Translations under genes and position numbers: made by a program
Shown here: positions 55,910-64,000 of the stretch, one piece after another
How the letters are laid out: each line of letters opens with the position of its first letter
Numbering within the stretch: position 1 is the stretch's first letter
Notes under the pieces: generated by a model
Seen by the model: the letters and a program-made list of their open reading frames with translations, nothing else
What the model was told of the DNA's origin: nothing
Database searches by the model: none
Assembly (NCBI GenBank): GCA_036522115.1
Contig: DATDGL010000059.1
Location: forward strand, 7,896-71,895
DNA from: Candidatus Angelobacter sp.
GTDB lineage: Bacteria; Acidobacteriota; Terriglobia; Terriglobales; Acidobacteriaceae
Direction of reading: 5' to 3'
Length of the DNA stretch: 64,000 nucleotides

Positions 55910-56866
55910 TTAGGCGACTACCGGCTGCTTGGCTAGTTCTCCCACCCGCACTTTGGTAAACCAGTCATGGCGGTCGGGCATGGAGCCATTCACAATTCCG
56001 AAGAACTCATGCTGCAAAGCCAGGGTGACAGGGCCGGTCTGGCCGTTGTTGACGGCGATCCTGTCAATGGAACGGATGGGTGTGATCTCTGAAGCGGTGC
56101 CGCAGAAGAATACTTCATCGGCCACATAAAGCATCTCCCGCGGAATCATCTGCTCAATCACCGGGACGCCAATATCTTCCGCCAGCTTGAACACCGCGTC
56201 ACGGGTAATACCGGGCAGGATCGAGTTGCCCAGCGGCGGTGTAATCAATTTGCCCTTGCGGTGAATAAAGATGTTGGCTCCGGAAGCTTCGCACACGTAG
56301 CCGTTCACGTCCAGCGCAATTCCCTCGACGTATCCATTGACCACGGCCTCCATCTTGATGAGCTGCGAATTCATGTAATTCGCCCCCGATTTGGCCATGG
56401 TGGGCATGGTGTTGGGAGCGATCCGGGTCCAGGAAGAAACACAAACATCCACGCCGTCCGTTACTCCGCCTTCCCCCAGATACTTGCCCCAGGGATAGTT
56501 GCACATGTACACCTCGATGGGCGAGTGAAAGGGATCTACACCCACCTCACCGTATCCGCGCATCACCACCGGGCGCAGGTAGCATGGCCATAAGCGATTC
56601 ACCGCCACCAGATGGCAGGCGGCATCGCATAGCTGCTCCAGGCTGTAATCCAGATCAATGCGGTAAATCTTGGCAGAGTCCAGCAGGCGGCGCATGTGCT
56701 CGCGAAGGCGGAAGATGGCCGGTCCATCCGGGCCGACGTAGCAGCGGATGCCCTCGAACACACTCGATCCATAGTTCACTACGTGGGACATAATGTGGAT
56801 TTGAGCGTCGTTCCAGGGAATGAATTTTCCGTTATGCCAGATCTTCTCTGTCGCTTGAATGGACAT
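55910..56866 (-). CDS. ilvE: Branched-chain amino acid aminotransferase
   Basis: 318 aa. IWHNGKFIPW, SHVVNYGSSVFEGIR, GANYMNSQL, EASGANIF and GITRD are class IV aminotransferase blocks. Confidence 0.93.
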   Translation of the reverse strand: MSIQATEKIWHNGKFIPWNDAQIHIMSHVVNYGSSVFEGIRCYVGPDGPAIFRLREHMRRLLDSAKIYRIDLDYSLEQLCDAACHLVAVNRLWPCYLRPVVMRGYGEVGVDPFHSPIEVYMCNYPWGKYLGEGGVTDGVDVCVSSWTRIAPNTMPTMAKSGANYMNSQLIKMEAVVNGYVEGIALDVNGYVCEASGANIFIHRKGKLITPPLGNSILPGITRDAVFKLAEDIGVPVIEQMIPREMLYVADEVFFCGTASEITPIRSIDRIAVNNGQTGPVTLALQHEFFGIVNGSMPDRHDWFTKVRVGELAKQPVVA

Positions 56867-57057
56867 GCCTTGATCTCCTTCGATCTGAGAGTCTTGATTT
56901 CAAGGGTGCTTGCACCTTTGCGCGCGGCCTCTAAAACCGAAACTCCTGATGAACATGTAATCTTAGATTAATTTCTTAGGGCGGACGGCAGATTATATCG
57001 AAAATATTTCTCAGGCCAGGTTTTTATAACTCTTTATTTCGAAAGATGAGATTTCTT

Positions 57058-58509
57058 TTATTTTGTCGCCCGTTCCGGTTTATTTTCCGGGGCTTTTTCA
57101 GCCGTCGCAACCGGTTGGGTGGTCTTCAAATAGACCTGGGGATGAGTCATCATCGTCGGCATGGCAGCCAGCGGTTTGGAGTAATCATTCCCGGCATTCC
57201 AAAACAAGAAGCCGATCCCGCCGTGTTCCCTGGAGGCGCTCACCTGCTTCAGGATGTATTGCGGGGAATAACTGGGCGTCCGCCAGCGAAAGGCCTGCAG
57301 CCACGGGCGCACGACCACGCCTGAATCGCGGGTGATTTTGTGGAATCGATCCATGGAGGCGCTGATAAAGTGCTCGGGCGCGTCTCCCGGCACTTTGTAG
57401 CCGTCCATGCCAAAGAAGTGCGAAGGATAAATCATGGGTGATAGCACATCGCAATGTTTCGCCATCTTCACGATGTCCTGGCCGGTGTGATTCAAATCCA
57501 CCGAGCGCTGCCAGGCCATGATGCCGAACACGTCGAGCGAGAGCAACACGCCCATGGGATGGACCTGGTCGTAAGCCCGAGCGAGAAAGCCGGCAATCAC
57601 GTCATCGCGGTGCATCTTGGGGTCCGACTGGAAGGCAAACATTGCATCTTTCTGGTCGCCTTCAGCGGGAAAGCGGACGTAATCAAATTGGATCTCGTCG
57701 GCCCCCGACGAGGCAGCGTACTTTGCCAGCGCCAGGTCGTAATCCTGGACTTCCCGGCGCGATGGGTCCGTCCACACCAGCTTTCCATTCTCCCGCCATG
57801 GCTGGTGCGTTCTGCGGGACTGCACCGCAAGGTTGCTGTGGTGCTGGGCGATGTTGTTATCGCGAAAAAGCGCGATTCGCGCGATCGCGTGCATGTCCTG
57901 GGAATGTACGTAGCGGACGAACTTGGGCAGGTTGCTGAGGGGATGGTTTTTCTGTACCGGCGCCAGGGGGTGATCAAATGGCACATTCACCGTGCCGTCG
58001 CTGTCTTTGATATCGAATACCACGGCATTTCCACCAGCCTCTTTCCAGCGTCGAATTAACTCGATTCCGTGTGCGCTCCCCGCCGTCGATCCGGTCAGGT
58101 AGACCGCCCGTATCTCTTCATCTCTGGGGAATGGCCGGTTTTTTTCCACAACCGGCTGTGGCTCGATACCCGGAACCAGGACCTCTTCATCCTTCTTGAA
58201 GCTGGCTTTCCCGCCATTCGCGTTGCGGATGGCCGTTTCATATTCGGGTACGGTCATGTACGTGGAAACCGTCAGGTACTTGCGCGCCACAGTCACAGCC
58301 AGAGTGGCTGCTTTCGGAACAAAAGAAATGGTTCCCGGCGGCAATTCCTGCTTATTCGCCGCACTCCCGGAGGCCGGAGCAGATGCTGTTTCCGCCTTCG
58401 CCGGGTTTTGCGTCACGGCGGCGGCATGGCGGGTCAAGAAATAGCTCGCTGCGGCGAGCACCACAATCGCAGTAAGCGCGCTGAAGATGAGGTGGAGTTT
58501 CCTGGACAT
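57058..58509 (-). CDS. Membrane-anchored putative glycoside hydrolase (DUF4015-like TIM-barrel)
   Basis: N-terminal TM anchor. IRAVYLTGSTAG...GGNAVVFDIKDSDGTV...ADEIQFDYVRFP resembles the DUF4015 family. Confidence 0.6.
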   Translation of the reverse strand: MSRKLHLIFSALTAIVVLAAASYFLTRHAAAVTQNPAKAETASAPASGSAANKQELPPGTISFVPKAATLAVTVARKYLTVSTYMTVPEYETAIRNANGGKASFKKDEEVLVPGIEPQPVVEKNRPFPRDEEIRAVYLTGSTAGSAHGIELIRRWKEAGGNAVVFDIKDSDGTVNVPFDHPLAPVQKNHPLSNLPKFVRYVHSQDMHAIARIALFRDNNIAQHHSNLAVQSRRTHQPWRENGKLVWTDPSRREVQDYDLALAKYAASSGADEIQFDYVRFPAEGDQKDAMFAFQSDPKMHRDDVIAGFLARAYDQVHPMGVLLSLDVFGIMAWQRSVDLNHTGQDIVKMAKHCDVLSPMIYPSHFFGMDGYKVPGDAPEHFISASMDRFHKITRDSGVVVRPWLQAFRWRTPSYSPQYILKQVSASREHGGIGFLFWNAGNDYSKPLAAMPTMMTHPQVYLKTTQPVATAEKAPENKPERATK

Positions 58510-58779
58510 GATTGGTTCCCTGCAATTTTTTCGCCGGTATCAAGGCATCTTAACACGGGCCGCAGCTACTCTCATGTTACTGATGTGCACACACGGGTGC
58601 GGGGTTTCTCCGATCTTGATCCAAGAGCATCGTATGTTTTCCCAATCCAGCATCTAACGAACAGGTGGAGTGAAGGAAAGCCAAAGTGAGTGACAACTCA
58701 GCAGCTTACTCTTCCATCTCAGCTTCTATCCTCCCCTTTGCGGGGGAGTTTGGTCGGAAAATAAGGGGACAGGGATTTT

Positions 58780-59955
58780 ATGAGGACCGGTCTTAATACT
58801 GCACTTGATCCCACCCGTCGCAGCTCAGATGCGCAGGACTTCGAGATGGCGCTGCGGCGCAAGATAGTAGGCCAGGACCAGGCCGTAGAAAAGGTTGTTG
58901 AAATCTACCAGATGTTTCTGGCCGGATTGAATGCTCCATCACGCCCCGTCGGTAACCTTCTTTTCCTCGGTCCGACAGGTTCCGGCAAAACACGTGTCGT
59001 GGAAGCCATGGCGGAATCCCTCTTCGGCGATCCCAAGGCGGTGATCAAAATCGATTGCGCCGAGTTTCAGCACAGCCACGAGATCGCGAAATTGATTGGG
59101 TCGCCGCCCGGATACCTCGGCCATCGCGAGACCCACCCGTTGTTGACCCAGGAGGCGCTCAATCAGTGGCATACGGAAAAAGTCAAGCTCACGCTCCTGC
59201 TCTTTGATGAGATCGAGAAAGCCAGTGACGCCCTGTGGCAGCTTTTACTCGGCATTCTGGATAAAGCCACACTCACCCTGGGTGACAACCGCCGCGTCGA
59301 CCTCTCTCAATGTCTTATCGTAATGACCTCAAACCTTGGCGCGTGCGAGATGAATGAACTCATGAACGGTAGTTTGGGCTTTGCCCAATGCCATGCCCGG
59401 GAGCAGATCGATCCCCGGCTGGACGAAAAGATTATGCGCACTGCCCAGGAAGCTGCCCGCCGCAAGTTCTCGCCTGAGTTCATGAACCGCATCGATAAGA
59501 GCGTGGTCTTCAAGACCCTCAAGCCTGAGCACCTCGAGCAAATCCTGGAGATCGAGTTGGGGATGGTCCAGCAACGCATCCTCCAGGCAACCGGCAACAG
59601 TCAGTTCGTGTTTAGCTGCACTCAGAGGGTAAAAAGATTTCTGCTGGACGAAGGGACTGATCCAAAATATGGGGCTCGTCACCTCAAGCGGGCCATTGAA
59701 AAGAACATTGTCTTCCCGCTGGCCAACCTGGTGGCCACTAGCCAGATTAAACTCGGCGATTTCATTCGCATTGACCGTCAGGAGAGCCAGCTTACCTTCA
59801 CCAAGGAAGCGGAAGGCGCGCTGGTTCCCGTCTTGATGGAAAAATATGGTGATTTGAGCGGGACCTCCACCGCCGCGGCCAAGGCCGGTCGTGGAAGCGG
59901 CGCCAAGCAGCGTGAATTTGGAGGAATTGCCCCTTTAGTCGATCACAATCGATGA
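58780..59955 (+). CDS. Stand-alone Clp/Hsp100-type AAA+ ATPase (single D2-like module)
   Basis: IVGQDQAVEKV, Walker A FLGPTGSGKT, GSPPGYLGH, Walker B LLLFDEIEKA, sensor/arginine region FSPEFMNRID, and YGARHLKRAIE. It has no N-domain, D1 or middle domain. Confidence 0.85.
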   Translation: MRTGLNTALDPTRRSSDAQDFEMALRRKIVGQDQAVEKVVEIYQMFLAGLNAPSRPVGNLLFLGPTGSGKTRVVEAMAESLFGDPKAVIKIDCAEFQHSHEIAKLIGSPPGYLGHRETHPLLTQEALNQWHTEKVKLTLLLFDEIEKASDALWQLLLGILDKATLTLGDNRRVDLSQCLIVMTSNLGACEMNELMNGSLGFAQCHAREQIDPRLDEKIMRTAQEAARRKFSPEFMNRIDKSVVFKTLKPEHLEQILEIELGMVQQRILQATGNSQFVFSCTQRVKRFLLDEGTDPKYGARHLKRAIEKNIVFPLANLVATSQIKLGDFIRIDRQESQLTFTKEAEGALVPVLMEKYGDLSGTSTAAAKAGRGSGAKQREFGGIAPLVDHNR

Positions 59956-60219
59956 ACGAATGAGTGGGTAGTTGATCATTCTCGGAATTGCTTCTGGGAT
60001 TTTCAATTACCCACTCGCCAGATTGGGCGTTTTTACTTCACCCTCGAATCCCGCGTAGCAGGCGAGAGGCTCCCATCGCCTTATAAACCGCATCGGGCTT
60101 GCGATGTCGAGGTTTACCCATTTTTGAAAACGCCATAGTGGACGAGCCATCCAGACACTTGAGAAACACCGGGACCTTCCGATGGACCTATATCCCAATG
60201 CCCCGATATCCCGATTGCT

Positions 60220-60804
60220 TCAACCCTTTTTAAGCTCAATCAACACCTGGCGGGCAATCTCTTTGAGTGTCTCAAAAACCCCCTTGCCTTGAAACGCCAC
60301 AGCTTCAAATGTCGCCTCGGACTTCCGAGTCAGTTCCCGTTTGAGGTCTTCCACGGGCATGGCGGTAGGCAGGTCGCGCTTGTTCAACTGCAACACATAA
60401 GGGATCTTGGTAAAGTCGTAGCCGTGTTCTTTCAGGTTGTCCTGCAGGTTTTCCAGCGCTTCCACGTTGGCGTCCATGCGTTCTCCCTGCGAATCCGCCA
60501 CGAACACCACTCCATCCACGCCCCGCAGAATAAGCTTGCGGCTGGCATCGTAAAACACCTGTCCTGGAACCGTATAAAGGTGGAAACGGGTCTTGAACCC
60601 ACGCACTGTACCCAGATCAAGAGGCAGAAAATCGAAGAAAAGCGTCCGGTCGGTCTCCGTCGCCAGTGAAATCATCTTGCCTTTTTGTTTTTCGCCGGTC
60701 TTATCAAAGATGTATTGCAGATTAGTGGTCTTCCCGCCAAGACCAGCTCCGTAATAGACGATCTTGCAGTTAATTTCGCGGGCGGCAAAATTGATGAAAC
60801 TCAA
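60220..60804 (-). CDS. mglA: Ras-like GTPase MglA
   Basis: [32 protein letters not shown]...[10 protein letters not shown]...LNKRD. I take a TTG start at 60804 (GAGGA 7 nt upstream), which reproduces the canonical MSFIN N-terminus. The track ORF extends to 60861. Confidence 0.88.
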   Translation of the reverse strand: MSFINFAAREINCKIVYYGAGLGGKTTNLQYIFDKTGEKQKGKMISLATETDRTLFFDFLPLDLGTVRGFKTRFHLYTVPGQVFYDASRKLILRGVDGVVFVADSQGERMDANVEALENLQDNLKEHGYDFTKIPYVLQLNKRDLPTAMPVEDLKRELTRKSEATFEAVAFQGKGVFETLKEIARQVLIELKKG

Positions 60805-61268
60805 AACCCCATCCTCACATTCGGTCTCGGCGCGCGGAGTCCCTCGTGCGAGTTTGTCCATGAGGGGATTCCGGACATGATTGTCGCTTTGATGCCTTTC
60901 TTATATCACATCAACATCTGGATGAATTGATTCTAATGGTTCCATCGACTGTGCGAGTCAGCTCTTTTGCGGAACGAAAATTACCAAAGTGGCCGCACTT
61001 TAGAGAGCCTGCCCATGGCCTCAACATAAGATGGCAACGAGCTTGGCAGCGAAGCGGCTTTAAAAAATAACGATTTTGCACGCTGTTTACAAAGTTTTAA
61101 GGTTTTTACGGAAAACACATCAAGGGGTTGAGCATGATCACGCGCGACCACTGACCTTTGGAGTGAGGTTTTGATTTTGAATTTGATTTTCCCAAATTTT
61201 TTTTCCGTGTCTCCGTAATACTATTCGCTGAATTCTTTGTGTTTCGCAACGATTTTCGAGGGCCACCC

Positions 61269-61296
61269 GTGAAAGACGCAGCCGGGGGCGGCTGCG
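61269..61296 (-). terminator. Possible terminator after the VWA gene (same hairpin family)
   Basis: The minus strand reads CGCAGCCG-CCCC-CGGCTGCG followed by TCTTTCAC, ~100 nt downstream of the stop at 61394. Confidence 0.4.
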
Positions 61297-61393
61297 CTCC
61301 CGATTTGTTTGGCTGCGGCTTGCCGCGCCGTGCCTCCGTGGCAGGTGTGGGTCCTTGGTTGTGGCCCCGCTACATCGTGTAGGCGTAGAAACT

Positions 61394-62650
61394 TCAGTGT
61401 GCCGAAGGCGCCGGCGGCAACGGATAGTAACCGCTCTTGGCCGTCACCTTCAGGTCCGGATGGTGTACATGCACGTCAATGGAGCGGTAGTTCCCGGAAA
61501 GGTTCGCCTTGGTGTTATAGCCCAGCAGGTATTGATTGCGGGCGACTCCGGTGATCCGGCTATAGGCCTGTTCGATTGATCTCTGGTCAAACTCGGCGAA
61601 CACATCTCCTCCGGTATCGCTCGCGTACTTGCCCAGGATGTCCCCGTAGCCGAAACCGGGGAGTCGAACGCGATTTAACTTGTCATACACCGGCATGGCG
61701 GCCGTATCCACGCCCAAAGCATAGACTGAAATGTCCTGGGAAAGCAGGAACTTGCGCACCTCATCATAGCGGGCCGTGCTGCCATATTCGCGACCGTCAC
61801 TCACCACAAAAATGATTCGCCTGCGAACGCCCTTTTGCCGCCGGCTCAGGTCCTGTGCAGCCCGCAGGATCGCGTCATTCAGAACATTCGAATCCTGTGG
61901 AGCGGTATAAACCTGCGGCATGCTGGGGTCAACCGGCCGTCCATTTATGGATGGCCCCTGCGGTCCCATTGGACCACCCAGCACCGGCACGCCGCCCTGC
62001 TTGCCCGTACGTTTCAAATGTTCAAGTGAGGCGCTGGAAAGATCGCCGGATACCGTAAACCCAGCAACCTGCTGCACCGAGCTGCCATAGCGATACAAGG
62101 CCACCTCATCGAACTGGCTGAATGCCCCCGTCAGGGCCGGTAAGGTGTCATTTACCTTCTTCATGGTTTGCGATGGCAGATTTGTGTCCACAACCACCGC
62201 AACAGACAGCGGGAAGGGATCGCTGGAAAAATAGCTCAGCCTCTGCGGTACCCCATCCTCGTAAACCGTGAAATCCTGCGATTGCAGTCCCTCTACCATG
62301 CGGCCAGACTGATCTTTTACCGTCACCGGGACCTCGATAAAAGTGACGTTGGTTACAATTTTGAACAAATCGTCCCTGGTGCCGGCAATGGTCCCCGGTT
62401 GTTGTTTTTGCGTGGGAGGGACCTGCGCAGGCACGGTTGCCGGTTCATCCGGCGGATGGTTGTTTTTGGGCGCGGGAGGTGCATCGGGGAAGGGATTGGT
62501 TTGCGGCGGAATCTTGGGCTGAGGCGCATCAGGAATGTTCTGTGCTGCTCCTAAGCCGGCCAGCGCTACCCCGAGGCAAACCACTCTTCTCACCCTAAGC
62601 AAAAACCCTGACATTGATGCGCCTCCTAAAAAGTTAGACGCTCCGGACAT
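61394..62650 (-). CDS. VWA-domain protein, 'VWFA-related acidobacterial domain' type
   Basis: Signal peptide, a Pro-rich linker, the hallmark DFTVYEDGVPQRLSYFS, a VWA core (VAVVVDTN...), and the C-terminal YRSIDVHV...GYYP. Confidence 0.85.
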   Translation of the reverse strand: MSGASNFLGGASMSGFLLRVRRVVCLGVALAGLGAAQNIPDAPQPKIPPQTNPFPDAPPAPKNNHPPDEPATVPAQVPPTQKQQPGTIAGTRDDLFKIVTNVTFIEVPVTVKDQSGRMVEGLQSQDFTVYEDGVPQRLSYFSSDPFPLSVAVVVDTNLPSQTMKKVNDTLPALTGAFSQFDEVALYRYGSSVQQVAGFTVSGDLSSASLEHLKRTGKQGGVPVLGGPMGPQGPSINGRPVDPSMPQVYTAPQDSNVLNDAILRAAQDLSRRQKGVRRRIIFVVSDGREYGSTARYDEVRKFLLSQDISVYALGVDTAAMPVYDKLNRVRLPGFGYGDILGKYASDTGGDVFAEFDQRSIEQAYSRITGVARNQYLLGYNTKANLSGNYRSIDVHVHHPDLKVTAKSGYYPLPPAPSAH

Positions 62651-62711
62651 TGCCTGCGGAAGCTACAATAGATATTAAACACTACGGCACAGAAAGGCAG
62701 TGTAAAAAATC

Positions 62712-63686
62712 ATGCGTATCCCGGCGATGTCCACTGTGCTCCTGGCACTTTTACTTCCAGTCTCCGGCCAGAATCCGGCCAACAGCCAGTCCACCAGCCA
62801 ACAGGATGAGATTCCCACGTTTCGCAAGAACGTGAATATAGTGAACGTTTATTTCACGGTAAAAGACCACCATGGAGCTTTGGTCCCCAATCTCAATAAG
62901 GATGAATTTGACGTCTTGGAGAATGGCAAACCTCAAGCCATCAAGTATTTCAATGCGGAAACCAACCTGCCGTTGACCCTGGGACTCCTGATCGATTCCA
63001 GCGGCAGCATGCAGCGCATGCTCGATGAGGAGAAGATCGTAGCCAGTGATTTTCTGCGCCAGGTGGTCACCGAAAAAGACCTGGGATTCATCATCAGTTT
63101 CGATATCAGCGTAGATCTCCTGCAAGACCTGACCGCCGATATCCACCTGCTGGACTCAGGCCTCAAGCAGGCCAAGATCAACGTCGGCGGAGGCAGCAGT
63201 GGAATTCCCGGTCTCGGCCAGGGCCCGGTGCCCATCTCCAATCCCAAGGGCACCCTGCTCTACGACGCTGTTTATCTGGCATCCAATGAGGTTCTGGGCA
63301 AACAGGTAGGGCGCAAAGCTATGGTCATCCTCACCGATGGCGTGGATGAAGGCAGCAGGCTCAAGCTCAGAGATGCTGTGGAAGCTGCTCAAAAAGCTGA
63401 TGCCATCTGTTACGTCCTTCTCCTGCACGATCCCCAGTTTGGCTCTGGCGCCAGCGAAATGCGGCAGCTCACTGAGGCCACAGGCGGCAGAATGATTGAA
63501 GTGAACAACCCCAACAAGATCGGTGACGCCTTCCGTCAGATTTCCAGCGAACTGCGCAGCCAGTACAGCTTGGGTTACTCTCCTGACGACCCAAAGCGTG
63601 ATGGATCTTTCCGGAAAATTGAGGTCAAATCCAAAAACGGCTTCAAGGTCCAGGCCCGCAAGGGTTATTACGCGCCCGCAAGTTAG
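62712..63686 (+). CDS. VWA-domain protein, 'VWFA-related acidobacterial domain' type (paralogue, divergent)
   Basis: EFDVLENGKPQAIKYFN, LGLLIDSSGSM (MIDAS-like), and FRKIEVKSKNGFKVQARKGYYAP. Confidence 0.85.
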   Translation: MRIPAMSTVLLALLLPVSGQNPANSQSTSQQDEIPTFRKNVNIVNVYFTVKDHHGALVPNLNKDEFDVLENGKPQAIKYFNAETNLPLTLGLLIDSSGSMQRMLDEEKIVASDFLRQVVTEKDLGFIISFDISVDLLQDLTADIHLLDSGLKQAKINVGGGSSGIPGLGQGPVPISNPKGTLLYDAVYLASNEVLGKQVGRKAMVILTDGVDEGSRLKLRDAVEAAQKADAICYVLLLHDPQFGSGASEMRQLTEATGGRMIEVNNPNKIGDAFRQISSELRSQYSLGYSPDDPKRDGSFRKIEVKSKNGFKVQARKGYYAPAS

Positions 63687-63888
63687 GGCGTCTCAAAAAG
63701 TATGTTTCAAGAAAATTTCGCCGTGGCCCCGCTACACTGTGAACCACGCTCTGGGCCTGGCAACCGCAACTTTTCCATTACCAAGGTGTTTGTCTCGAAA
63801 GTGCGGGAATAGGGTTATTTCTCGATTCCCCTCACCCGTATTGGCTCGGTACCATCGAGAGTTGCCACTAATCCAGGACAGGTAAACA

Positions 63889-64000
63889 ATGCGAATCAAA
63901 GCCCTTCTCTTCTCCCTTTTGGTAATGCTTGCGCTTCTTGTGACCCCAGTGATTTCGAGCGCGCAGGTTTCGGTGGGAATATCGGTTCGTATTGGCCCGC
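63889..64000 (+). CDS. Start of a secreted protein (3'-partial)
   Basis: MRIKALLFSLLVMLALLVTPVISSAQVSVGISVRIGP. A clear signal peptide; the rest is outside the window. Confidence 0.4.
   Translation, partial: MRIKALLFSLLVMLALLVTPVISSAQVSVGISVRIGP

Noticed and set aside
61361-61374. The 14-mer GTGGCCCCGCTACA found downstream of both VWA paralogues (also at 63723-63736).
   Set aside because: Several exact 14-mer coincidences are expected by chance in a 64-kb window, and the two copies have opposite orientation relative to their genes.

Overview
A 64-kb chromosomal window from a moderately GC-rich bacterium. I infer an Acidobacteriota-like soil organism from two 'VWFA-related acidobacterial domain' paralogues, a CarboxypepD_reg-TonB receptor, MglA/PilT, and many simple intergenic repeat families. 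About 60 CDS are supportable. Core genes include nitronate monooxygenase, enoyl-CoA hydratase, pirin, an RND efflux operon (MFP-RND-OMF), a Zn-ADH, a sigma-54 activator, quinone oxidoreductase, Dps, pgm, a TonB receptor, an epimerase, aceA, a Ser/Thr kinase, an XRE-NfeD-flotillin-PspA operon, recX, pilT, ndh, ilvE, a Clp-type AAA+ ATPase, mglA and two VWA proteins. The first ~3.3 kb looks accessory: an ankyrin protein and an NTase/HEPN pair, ending at an orphan tRNA 3'-end fragment. The window holds three PIN-toxin modules, and two of them pair the PIN gene with an unrecognised ~166-aa partner. No rRNA, intact tRNA, transposase, integrase or cas gene was seen. The most unusual region is 5.98-7.25 kb. 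It has three ~250-bp noncoding tandem units ending in terminator-like hairpins, followed by three exact 187-bp units that each carry a strong SD and a ~41-aa hydrophobic-leader plus Cys-loop peptide. Other notable items are a 40-nt-repeat/35-nt-spacer mini-array at 10.03-10.22 kb, two near-identical sigma-54 promoters (ADH and STAS genes) with upstream repeat sites, a double-glycine-leader-like Cys-rich peptide gene, and an in-frame TGA splitting a Tat-signal protein. All functional calls come from reading motifs by eye. No database search was run.
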